A DNA stretch of 64,000 bases from Oikopleura dioica (Eukaryota; Animalia; Chordata): NCBI GenBank assembly GCA_907165135.1, contig OU015566.1:496001-560000 (forward strand), written 5' to 3'. Of this stretch, positions 26,183 to 36,790 are shown in pieces. The stretch's first letter is position 1, and every line of letters starts with the position of its first letter. A program made the translations under genes and the position numbers. The notes under the pieces are model-generated. The model saw only the letters and a list, made by a program, of their open reading frames with translations, ran no database searches and was not told the origin of the DNA.

Positions 26183-27695
26183 ATGGATTCCCCACCAGCG
26201 TACTCTAAATTTGTTACCGACGACGACCGCAAATACATTTCAGACCTAGAGAAACAAGCCGATGCCATCGATGGGGGCCAGATGCCCAAGTATTCAGGAC
26301 CCCGCCGTTTTCATCGCCTCTTCAATGTCCGAAGGCGTCGACATCTTCAGCGGCGCCTGGCGAAGGCTTACCGTCGTCAAGAGTTTTGGCTGCCGGTTCA
26401 GAAGGTCGTCCGGCCCCCAGCGCTCTCAAAATCGTCTGTGTTCAATACGCTATCTACGCTCTCCTCTTCACCATCTTCCTCTCCTTCGTCGCCTACATCC
26501 TTTACTGGACAGGCCTCTGGAGGCTCATCGTGTGGTTCTGCCGGCTCGTATTTTGGGTCGTCAAGGGTTGCGTAAGTTTTTAACGGTTTAATTAGTCAAA
26601 GATTAATGATCGACGAGTTAAATTAATTTTCGCTTTAGACTTGGCTTGCCAAGCGATTTACCGATGATGAGCTGGTCGAGCCGGAAGTCCGCTGGGTCAC
26701 TGACGACGATTTGCACCTCGGCCTACTCAACGTTACGATTCCCAAGGAGCACCTTCAAGCGCTTCAGGACATGAACGGTTCCGCTCTGATGGAGATCGCC
26801 GGAGAATTCAGAATCCGCCATGTTGAAGTCGCTGCCGATCATCTTGTTGCTAAAATTTTTTCCGCCGAAACTGCAGAGGTATTGCGATCGATCTTCCGCG
26901 ACTTTGGGAGATCGGTTTCTGGTCTCGTTTTCGACATGGACCGCTACATTGTCTCCGGCGACTTCGACTACGACGTAACCCATCTTAGCTCTAGCGTTTA
27001 CGACCAGCTCTACAACTTCACCGCTCCGCTGGCCGCCTCTTACAACCTCACTTTGCCTTTTACCCGCACACCTCGGTCTCTCACTTCTCCGACTGAAGAC
27101 GGTTCCGTTCCGGCTCGATCGAAGCGTGGGTCGATGTACGAGTCTGGATTTGTCGACTACATGGTCGATCAAGACAAGCTTCCTTCCTCCACCGACGATG
27201 AGGTGATCGAATTCGTTCCTGCTCGTTCCCGCCGTGGGGCCATGTACGACTCTGGTTTCATCGATTACATGGTCGACCAGGATAAATTACCTTCCTTTGT
27301 CGACAACCTTGACGATTTCGCTTCCGATTCAACCTCCGCTTTCGTGCCTGCTCGCTCCCGGCGTGGATCCATGTACGATTCCGGCTTTATCGACTACATG
27401 GTCGATCAGGACAAGCTTCCCGCGTACACCGACGATCACTACAACGACGACACCAGTGTCGATCTACTGCGCAATCAACGCGACATCAGCCTCTCCGCGA
27501 CCGAACTCCAGGCGCTTGTCATTCCTCGCATGGTGCAGCTTCTCGCACGACTACCGAAGATCACTGGCGGGGCGGCGGCGCCCGGCCAATTACTTGGTAA
27601 ATATCGATTAAAATTTCCGTATTGGTAAAGTAATTCTAGGTTTTGGTCGGCCGCCGCCGTCCTGTTTGTGGCCAACTGCATGCTTGGTCGAATAA
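26183..27695 (+). CDS. Accessory gene B: membrane glycoprotein (Env-like) with triple furin-site/peptide repeat
   Basis: N-terminal MDSPPAY and a hydrophobic segment YAIYALLFTIFLSFVAYILYWTGLW. A phase-0 intron at 26572-26638 (GTAAGT..CTTTAG) joins it in frame to the 26711 ORF, which has sequons NVT, NGS, NFT, NLT and R-x-x-R sites. A 43-nt intron at 27597-27639 removes the apparent stop. The frame is unresolved at ~26290-26420. Confidence 0.65.
27107..27423 (+). repeat. Three tandem coding repeats (V/F)PARS(K/R)RG(S/A)MY(E/D)SGF(V/I)DYMVDQDKLP
   Basis: Near-identical peptide in three units, while third codon positions differ (TCT GGA TTT / TCT GGT TTC / TCC GGC TTT). Confidence 0.9.
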
Positions 27696-27736
27696 CAGCG
27701 ACATGCGAGCAATGTTTGGAGTGCTTTACGGCCTTA

Positions 27737-28273
27737 ATGCCTCAGGGAAGTGAAAATAGCGCTGCGAGAATGCGTCAGCAGCAGAGTCGCGCTCAACGCG
27801 ACCAAATAAAGTTCCAGCAGCTGCAGCAGGAGGCGGAATTGAAAAGCCAAGACGCTCAACGTAATTGGCTGATGCGCGAGCTGAACACGATTTATCCGTC
27901 TTGCGACTCGCCCAGCAAGAAGCCCAGCAGAAAGCTCAAGTAGAAGGGGCGTCCGCTGCGTATACCTCGCCCGCTGTCACTCACGCTCTTACTGCTCTCG
28001 ATGAGCAAATTGTAACGTCCGCTCCCGCTTCATCGGCTGCTTCTCGCTTCAACCCTTTCAAGAAGAAGAAGCTTAACCCGACTCCTCTTGCGGTAATTTC
28101 AACTCTAGCGTTTCAGCTTTAATTTCGCCTTTTAGTCCATCGCCGCTAAGACTGCTGTTGCTCAAGACGCTACTTCCTCCTTGGTCACTGCTCCTGCTCC
28201 TGCTCCACCTCTTGCTGGCGAGTTTCCTCCTCCACCAGCCGCCGTGCCTAGCCGAGTGCAACGATTCAAATAA
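27737..28273 (+). CDS. Accessory gene C: Gln/Ala-rich coiled-coil protein with Pro-rich tail (7-nt deletion in this copy)
   Basis: MPQGSENSAARMRQQQSRAQRDQIKFQQLQQEAEL.... A phase-0 43-nt intron at 28093-28135 (GTAATT..TTTTAG) continues into SIAAKTAVAQ...EFPPPPAAVPSRVQRFK*. The stop lies 12 nt from the convergent pol stop. Confidence 0.65.
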
Positions 28274-28285
28274 CCTGCTCTAAAA

Positions 28286-31200
28286 CTACTGCATCGCCTT
28301 TTCTTTAGAATATAATTTCATTATGAACGAATCCGTCTTTCTTTTTCCAAAAATTTTTGTGACGATGCTTCTTGGCTTCATTACTTCGGGCAGCGACAAC
28401 TCGGGGACCTGGAGCAGGAAGCATCTCATCATTTTCGTAAAGTTGTTCATGTCGTCTTTGTTGATGTTGTCTCCGTCCACTATCGCTTTAATGCTCTTGA
28501 AGCTCCACGTGTAGAACTTCTTGTTCTCAAGCCCCATTTTCTGGGTGCCGACCTGCCCGTTGAGCCAGTCAATCCCCCCCGGTATTTCGGGCGTTTCGCA
28601 AACTTTAAACCACGGATGCATCTTATTCTTATCGTAATTCCCCTCGATGAGGATGAAATCCCCTTTCTTTATTGGCGAAACCATCTCTCCCCCGTACTTA
28701 TCTCCTTCCTCAAACGGCTTGATCACTAGTGGTAATCTGTACCTTCCGTCGCGGTTCAGGCGTAGCGCCGCATTTCTTGCGCGTTCGCGGCTATCACTAA
28801 CGAATTTTCTTATCTTTTCGATATCAATATCGATTCTTTTGCCGTCGACCGCGGACCGGCCGGTCCAGATTTCCATTGGGGAGTATCCATGGGCGCCCTT
28901 CGTCCTGTTCAGCTTGTCGGGCACGAGGAGCTCCATCAGCCTCGGGTCAGTTTTATTCCACATCTCTGCGAGTATCACCGGGCTCAACTTTGCGATCCTG
29001 CTGTCCAGGGGCGATAAGAAGTTTTTCGACGGGCTCGGCGACTCTGGGAGGATGAATTCCACGTTTATTTCGTTCCAGAAGTCGCGTTTTTTAATTCCCT
29101 TATTTATCGAGCTCCCGTCCATAACCACCTTTATTTTAGAATTCGTGCGTAGGCCTCGGTCGAAATCCCCTATCGCTTTGAGCAAGATGTCTGATCCCCT
29201 GGCTGCGTTATTCTCCGAATTTTTGACGTGATAAATTCTTGTGAAACCCGACAAGACGCATGAGACCACGTAAAACTTCATGGTCGACTCTTCGTACTGT
29301 TTGTGGCTGTTCCTCGTGACTACGTCTGCCAGCAGCACTTCTCCGACGAAAGAAGCGTCCTGGTCGTCATACTCGTTAGACCCGGTTACTATCTTTCCCC
29401 TGTTGCGCTGGTAAGTGCAGGAGAGGCAATTTTTCACCTCCTCAGATACGACGTTGTCTAGCTTTGCGAACCAAACTTCCACCTTGACCAGATTCTTTAG
29501 GCGCGAAATCGTCCCGCAATTACCTCGATGGAACGCCTTCGCAACAGATGCGCCCAGGGCTTCCGGGATTACCACTGGTTCGCATATTCGCGTTCCGATC
29601 ATTATTTTTCTTTTCCGGAGAATCTCTGGCGTGCCGTTCGAACACAGGTACGTGGACCCTCGTAACGATTCCGCCTTGCGGTCCTTGGGACCTGGCATTC
29701 GACCATTTTTGCGCTTTGACTCGATCACTCACCTCGTGACTTCGTCCCACTCTTGAATTTCCTTGATTAATCCTCGATCTTTCAGAAAGCTGCTCCCCTG
29801 GTGCTCCAGGATTCGTTCGGCGAGACGATTCAGCGAGTCATCTTTCGGTTTCCTAGCTGATCTCTTTGCGGCTCCTCTCGTCACGATCGCCTCGACGGCG
29901 TCTTTCCGGCTTTTCCAGCTCGACACTTGCCTGTGTCGCAGGGACGGCATTGTCGCTCTCAGGGCGGCCTCGTCTTTGAAAGCGAAAACCTCTTCGAATC
30001 TGTCGAACTTAACCGAGGGTAGTGTCTCCTCGCTCGTCAAATCGAGGGTTGGCCCCAGGATCTCGTTCACCGCCTCGTACTTATCAATTACGTTGCAGAC
30101 CGCGCACTTGGCGTCACATTCTTTCAGCAGGTAATCTGTTCTCGAGATAAAGTCCGCAAGATCAATTTGGGTTGATTCCCCTTTCTCGTAGACAATCTCC
30201 ACGTCGAAGCTCAGGAGCTTCACTATTTGGTCGTTTATCCGTTTGTCCAGGCTGAGCTCTTTCCCCTGCCTGGCTCTATCGAATAATTTTTTCACCGACA
30301 AAGAGTCGGTAATGATCACTACCGGTTTAGACACGAAGTCGATCTCCCAGCAGAAACATAATGTCGCGCTTAAAATGCCGTGCAGTTCCAACTAACAGGA
30401 GCTCCACTGCGTTTTCAATTGGGAATCCCCTCTCTTTCTGGACCAAAGTCGCACGATTTGCGTTCGGTCCCCTTTCTTTTGATAAAGGTAGCCCCCGGAG
30501 CCCAGATTAGAGCTGTCGACCACAAGGAAGGTATCGAGATCCTTTTCAATTGGATAAAGGTCCACCATTTGCGAGTTTATTGCCTCCGCCAGCTTCTCGT
30601 AGCAGGCTCGTAACTCTGGTGTCCACTCCACGTAATCGCTTAATTTCTTTGACCCTGATGCTGCCTCGTTCAGCTTCCACATCATTTCTGTCCGGCGGGG
30701 GAGCCCGATCGATAGATAGTTTATTATTCCGATATAGCGTTTTAGTTGTTTCACCGTCTTAATTGTGCTTGGATTTTCCGCTTACGCCTTTTTTAGGATG
30801 TGGTTCGACATGCAAATCTTGCCGTCTTTTACCCGTCTCCCGAGAAGCACAATGTCCTTGGAACCGATCACGCATTTCGACCCTTTGAGTCGAAGATTAC
30901 GGTAAGCGAGTGTCTTAAAGACCTTTCGCACCCTCTCAATCAACTGGTCAAACGAATCCGCCACTATTAAAAAATCGTCCATGTAGATCGAAGTGTACTC
31001 CAAGTGATCGTACATGATTCTAGTGATCATCTCGCGCGCCAACACTGGACTGCTCACCCATCCCATCGGTAGCCGTCGGTACGCCAACTCGCCGACTTTG
31101 GGGTGAAGAATGACGAAGTGTTTTCACAACTCTTCTTCGATCTCGAAGCAGTGAAACATGGCCCCGATGTCTACCTGTGCGACAAAACCTTTCTTCGTAA

Positions 31201-32082
31201 ATGGGGCCGCAAGCTGGAGGATCCTCTGTATCGAATCGGTCTGCCTCGCCACGTGATCGGTCTTGTCGTTAATGCCGCTGCGTGCGCAATCGCCGACCAC
31301 TCTGACGTTGGAAGCTGTGAGTTCGACGCTGGCTTCGCCATTTGGGCCTTTTTTAGAAACACCGAAAAAGCTCATATAATTAGCCGCTGTCATATGCTTA
31401 GGTAGAACCGTCAGCACCCCTTCCGCGGCTTCCTGGTCTAATTTGTCCTCGATTGCCTTCATGACGCTCTCCGGTAAGTTCTTACCGTAGCCGATCGGCG
31501 CCGACTTTGGGCTCCGGTCCGAATTTCCGGGGTCTATTCTAGCGTGCACCTCAAACTCCTTGTCGGCCACGTGGCCCACCGTGCCTTCGAAAATGGCCTC
31601 GAATTCGTCAAGAACCTTATTAACGATGTCCACCTGTTCTGACGACAACGTGTCGCCCAGCGGATCGACCTGCACCTTCGACCTCGAGTTCTTTTTCCGA
31701 TTTTCAGCGTGTATTCTCTCCAGCTTCCGAGCCCATGTCCTCGTTCCATCAGGGTCGTAGGCCCTTGAAGGTCTTTCGTCTAAGAACTCGCTGTTCTCGT
31801 ACAGATGATCATGCAAGGTAGGCGTTCTTTCTAGCTTCTCACCGGTCAACATGATTTCAGGGTCATTAATCGCTATATCCTCACAGTCTTCCCAAATCCT
31901 GCGTAAAGCCTTACCATTTACGCACACCTCCAACTTATCGTTTTCATCGAACTTGACCTCGATCCTGTTACGCTCAAAGCTGTCAGCCCCGAGGATGACT
32001 GTCTTCTGTGGTCCTGCGTAAACTTTACAATCCCTAAAGGTAAGTTTCAAGTCGCTATTAAACTCGATGTCAAAATTAGCGT
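28286..32082 (-). pseudogene. pol: Partial pol (RT-RH-IN), inverted copy
   Basis: One continuous frame over 3.8 kb, interrupted only by four in-frame stops (31124 TGA, 30782 TAA, 30392 TAG, 29729 TGA). Begins downstream of the protease active site. Confidence 0.9.
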
Positions 32083-32149
32083 CGGTGCCCTGATCAGAAA
32101 TAGCCAAAACTAACGCAAGTCTGAGATCTAAAAAAACAACCGTTTAGAA

Positions 32150-32434
32150 ATGAACTCTCGCGGTACAAAACGCCAAAGAGAACCGGATGACGGCGAGTAC
32201 GCGTTCACGCTGCCAAAAAGGCTCAGACGGAACATCGACGCATCGACAGCGGTGGAATCAACGCTCGTTCAAGCGGTGCTATCCACATAACGCGAAAAGA
32301 ACATCATCGCGATCGAAATGGCCTTAGAAAGAGCCATCGAGCTGGATGTAATTGCCACAACCGTGGAAGAACTAACGAAAGAGAACAGCGAAGGAAAGTT
32401 ACGAGCCTTTTATTTATCTTTTCGGACAGATTAA
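32150..32434 (+). pseudogene. Small accessory ORF with NLS-like motifs and one in-frame stop
   Basis: MNSRGTKRQREPDDGEYAFTLPKRLRR...VLST*REKNIIAIEMALERAIELDVIATTVEELTKE; TAA at 32288. Confidence 0.45.
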
Positions 32435-34144
32435 AAAACAGTGCAGTAACTAAAAGTAGCGTTCAAAACTCTGATCGAGGCACGCAAGTCGAAGAGCCAG
32501 CTGGACTCGGATTTGGCAGCGGAGAAGCTGAAGTCGTTGCTCAAAAGTCAGGTGAGTCGGGGAAATCAGGACGGTAAGGATATCGCAAGTCCTCGGCACC
32601 GGTGTAGACGGGGCGACGAGCATTCTCTCCTTCGGCAAGTTCCTCCTCGATAGGGATGACGGCTAAGGCACCAACTTGGGGAAGACCATCCGGGTAGAGC
32701 TGCCGATAAATCTCGCCCAGCCAAAGTTCGCCTAAGCCTTCGGGGAGAAGGTTGACCATCCCTAGAATACGTATAAAAGAGTAAAATCCCGGGAAACTTA
32801 CGATTACGCCGACGATCATGATGGACGTAAAAGCAATCCATCGGAGCGGCTTCCAAACGGCCACGCCACGGATCCGCAACTACCTGTCGGAAAGCCGGGG
32901 GGAAAACAGAAGCTCGGCTAATCATGTCAGCGAACAAGGGATAAAAACCGTACTTCAGGACCAGGCAACAGCGATGCAGATAAGAGAGCTGGTCTCGTCC
33001 TAAATGAAGCTGATGAGTCTCTCGAGCAACACGAGGAGTTTTGGCCACTAGCAGAAAGCACAGGTACTTACGGATCCCAAAAAGGATGAGGCTCGTCGGA
33101 TAGATAGAGATACATCGCCAGAAAAAGCAACAAATCTAGATCGTAACCGGGCCAAACTTCCTCGGTGGCACGTAACTGCATCGCCACTAAGAATAGATTT
33201 TAGGCTCGATCATCATCCTGGATTCAACCGTAGGGTCGGCCAGCGAATTCCAAGTCGAGGAGACGAACAACTCGGCGGGGATCGGCGAAAATCTGGATAG
33301 CGCGGAGCAGACGTTGCAGAAAGGTAAAATCCTCGGAAAGCACGGCATGTGGCACAATCAACGTGTTGGCTTCCTCGCAATTGAAGTCAGGCTCCGTGAG
33401 TTTCTAAAGAAAAATTTTAGCCGAGCCTCGGGAAGAATAATCACCTGTACGAAACGAAAACACCATAGATATTGAAACGGCGAATCATCAAAGCCGTAAG
33501 TGCTCCAAGAACCGTCAATTGTTTGCGACTCGTGCTCGTAATGACCTGAAGTTCAGCTACAATTACGCCCGTATCACTACCCTCACCAGTCTGGTCCAAG
33601 AGCTCGACAGCCTCCTTTGTCGTCATCGTCAGGTATTTCAGACTTCGGTTGAGACAGGACCTATCAAAAAATTCAAGATCGACGCGAAGAAAACAATCTA
33701 CCTTTTCGCGTGAACCAACATGTCCGAATTAGCATCGAATTCCTCAGCCGCAGCATCGACGGCCGCGCAGTAACTTCGGAACATATCGCGGAAGTCCACG
33801 CTGTTGTGACGAGAATATGGTGGCACGACAATTCTCACGAGCCCAGCCCGAGCCTTGCCAGTAGAGAAATCTACGGTCCCCAGTTAAACCTTCCCGTCAC
33901 TTCGCAATTAGTTATCCCTACCGTCAAAATACGCATTAGCATAAAATTAACCCCTAAAGAGGTCGGAAGGCCGAATCTCCTTGTTCGCGAAAGCTTCCTG
34001 TAATAGATTAAAGTTTACGAATCTGGCATGTTGCCCCTGGAATCGCTGAGCTCGTCGCATGTGAGGAGACGAAAGCGAATACTCGAGGCGGCTGAAATCG
34101 AATCCATGTTCTCTAGCTCGAGCATTCTCGGACAGTTTTCGCAT
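32431..34144 (-). CDS. Accessory gene D: multi-intron antisense gene of unknown family (some lesions)
   Basis: GT-AG introns at 33661-33701, 33546-33586, 33404-33444 (41 nt each) and 33187-33228 (42 nt) give a continuous frame ...MFRSYCAAV...KEAVELLDQTGHYEHESQTIDGSWSTYGFDDSPFQYLWCFRFVQKLTEPDF...WPGYDLDLLLFLAMYLYLSDEPHPFWDP. There is a further intron at 32762-32801. The 32900-33070 region and both termini are uncertain. Confidence 0.7.
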
Positions 34145-34203
34145 AGGCTCCGCATTGTCAATGCGACGGAAATCGCTCAGGTGTCTAAAAATATCGTTTC
34201 AGT

Positions 34204-35287
34204 ATGGTAGAGGTGGAGAAAATCGGAGAAAAGCTGAAGAAAACGTCTCTACTTGAAGCGGCTGGCCGAGAGGAAAATGCGGACGAAGAGTCCTCCGTGC
34301 GAGCCAATCAGGGCTCAAGCTCGGGCGCTTCAAAGTTCCTCCCGTCTTTTCTCGAGATTGGTGAAGCTGAACCGGAAACTAAATTAGCCTCGAAAGAGCA
34401 ACTGGCCGAAATCGAGCAACACGCCAGCGACTCCAAGGACGACGCGATCATGGCCGCGTTGAAAAATGGGGTGAGGCCCGGGACGTTCATGCGGACGTTC
34501 AAAGGTCTCTCGTTCGTCGCGAAAGTATCAAAGGACCCGGTCTGCACGAACTTCCTGACAGATTTGGGGAACTGGATGACAAAAATGTCGGAGATCGATA
34601 GAGGACTCTACGCCTTACCCGAAAATGTAAGTAAAACAAAATTATCTCTGACTTACTCCCGGATTAAAGCGAGTGCATCAGCCGCTGTCCCCGCCATTGG
34701 TGTGTATGACGGTCTGGGCGCAGAAAGAGCTGTACAAGCTATGCACGGAGGCGCCCAAACCACTAGCGGGCTTCATCCTCCATGTTTGGCACAAACACGG
34801 AACAGGATTGACGGGCGATAACGGCGCTCGAGTATCCCTTCAAGAGGTCGATTCAATGAAGGACGTGGAGCGTTTCGTCGAAGAGCAAACATCGGAGACG
34901 ACTTGCGCAAATATCGCGGAAGGAGCGGTGGACGCGTTCAACCGCTTTTGCGCGGAATTCGACATCTCCAGCAAGACTCCAGAGTTCCCCGAGTGCGGAT
35001 CGAACGAAGAAATAGTCGAGTGGGCCAGAACAGCGAAACGCATCTTCGACGAAAATAACGCTAAAATGAAAGGTTACAAAGAGTCGCTGATGACAATGTC
35101 CCGCTGGACACTGCAGGGAACGTACAACTACCTAACGCACGAGTCCGCGCTCAAGAAAATCGCAGCTGTCGCCAACTTCGACCACTTCCAAGGCAATACC
35201 CTAGTCACAGTCTTGGATAACGGCAAGCTGCGAGGCTTCACGATGAATAACGGGACAGTACAGAAAAGTAAGCCCCGGTTGATATAA
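34204..35287 (+). CDS. Accessory gene E: 2 exons, predicted 346-aa protein of unknown family, on the element's sense strand
   Basis: Exons 34204-34626 and 34670-35287. A 43-nt phase-0 intron GTAAGT..TTAAAG fuses the two overlapping ORF-track ORFs into one frame. Confidence 0.75.
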
Positions 35288-35501
35288 ATTTTTCACTCAC
35301 GAAATGTTCAGCTCAGCGGCTACCAGGATTCATGCGCGGGTGGAAGGTACTCACAGGTGGACGATCGAACGTGGATTACCGGAAAGGAGGATTCGTGTCG
35401 GAATCAGGAAACGGATTCAAACGCCCGAATCCAAGCGAGAAGTACGACGAGCCCAGAGCGAAACGACGATGGGGAAATGGCTACGGCCAGCGCCGGTGGA
35501 A

Positions 35502-35833
35502 TATGCGATCCCGGGCCCAGAGGACCAAGGATCGAGTCGAGGGAAGCCGAGAGCTTGCCCTCCGGAAAGGCCATTACCTGGCTGACCTTCGCTGCGCCCG
35601 AGCAACGCTCAGACGCCGCAGAGGTCCAGCGAGGTAGGGGAGAGAAATCAGCCCAACCTTTTCGAAAAATAAGAACGTGTCCCCAACCTAACCCATCTTC
35701 AGGTTCGTCTTGGTTCAAGCCTACGCCGGAGCAGCACGAATTTCATCTTCCCTGTCTTTCGGTATCTGTGCAAATAAAAGGACGCAAGTCCGGACCAAAT
35801 ACAAACGAGTGTTAGATTGTGGAACGCATAACG
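35502..35833 (+). repeat. 3' LTR
   Basis: Direct repeat of 14027-14358 with 2 mismatches. GC-rich sequence at 35290-35501 may be an upstream LTR portion absent on the left. Confidence 0.85.
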
Positions 35834-35851
35834 AACGTATTTTGTTTCGTA

Positions 35852-36227
35852 TTAAGGGGGAGGTCGACGAGAATCGGGATTTCCGTGACCAAAAATGCGG
35901 AGAAACCCGATTAGATAGGAAAATTCTGACTTTTCGGATTGAAAGAAAAGGGTTTGAAAAATTAACCGGCGAAAAGCAGAAAAAAAATTTTTTTGAAAAA
36001 TTTTTCAAAAATTAAGGTTGAAGTGGGGGTGTCTCGTGACCAAAAAATCTCGAAAATCGAGCTTTTTTTTCTTCATCCAATATAATTAATAAATAGTTTA
36101 GACCCTAAAAAATTAGCCGGCGATCAAAAAATTAAGGGTTACTTTCATAAAAAATTTTTTCTTATTGATTAAAAATATTCGATTTTTGTCAAAATCGACA
36201 TTTTTACCCATTTTTTCATGGAAATTT
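35852..36227. mobile_element. Truncated copy of the TTAA MITE at 46713-47369
   Basis: TTAAGGGGGAGGTCGACGAGAATCGGGATTTCCGTGACC... matches the reverse complement of ~47005-47373. Confidence 0.8.
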
Positions 36228-36790
36228 CTGCTAAAATCACAAAGACAATAACTTATTCCCAAAAAATGGGCTCAACAGGGAAAGAACTAAAAAATCTACC
36301 TGATTTTCTTGAAAGGGAGAAGCAACATCCTCATTCTCCGGCGCTTCCGACCTGAGCAAATCTGTATCAATTCCTGATTTGTCGATCTTTCCAAAAACGA
36401 CTGCCCGATCGTAACAGAAGTTTCCTTGTTGTTGCCCGAACAATTGAGGAAAATCAACTTGAATATAAATTTTTAGTTCATAGATAAAATATGCAAGAAC
36501 TTATTTCTTTCTTTGTATGCCCAATAACACTAGAATCTTTGCCACATTCTTTGGAAGGTACTGATTTATATATTCTCTTTGTTAACTTCACCGCAAAAAC
36601 TCACAAACAAGCCGTCGATAGAGCAAGTTTTGAAAGAGCTGCTTCGCTCTATTATGCAGGTGGTTTTCTGAGAGTTTGTTGCTCTTGGAATTCTTTTGGC
36701 GACCTAATAATATTTTTATTTGAAAAACTGATCAAAAAAAATTTTTTCAATTTCTAGAAGTAATTTTTAAATGTTGTGGAAACGGTAAAA

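Larger units (their letters stand above)
25000..32082. repeat. Right arm of ~7-kb inverted duplication
   Basis: Reverse complement of 16465-24336 minus the hAT insertion. ORF-track translations are identical between the arms apart from the listed indels. Confidence 0.95.
14027..35833 (+). mobile_element. Ty3/gypsy-type (Tor-like) LTR retroelement with large accessory region and internal inverted duplication
   Basis: 332-bp direct terminal repeats, a TGG-starting PBS-like sequence right after the left repeat, PR-RT-RNaseH-IN domain order, and a sharp compositional contrast with the flanks. Confidence 0.9.

Noticed and set aside
26114-26575. 153-aa Arg/Ser-rich ORF as a real protein
   Set aside because: Its Arg- and Ser-rich parts look like off-frame readings of C-ending codons that encode a more plausible sequence and the TM segment in other frames. 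Only the MDSPPAY start is retained in the gene B model.
25594-27628. Stops ending ORF-track ORFs at 25596 and 27628 read as nonsense mutations
   Set aside because: The stop at 27626-27628 lies inside the 43-nt intron, and the one at 25594 is out of frame once the 41-nt intron is removed.
14027-35833. DIRS/Ngaro tyrosine-recombinase element, suggested by the inverted and direct repeats
   Set aside because: The pol ends in an integrase-like domain in gypsy order and I see no R-H-R-Y recombinase motif. The inverted repeat is an internal duplication of coding sequence, not a terminal structure.
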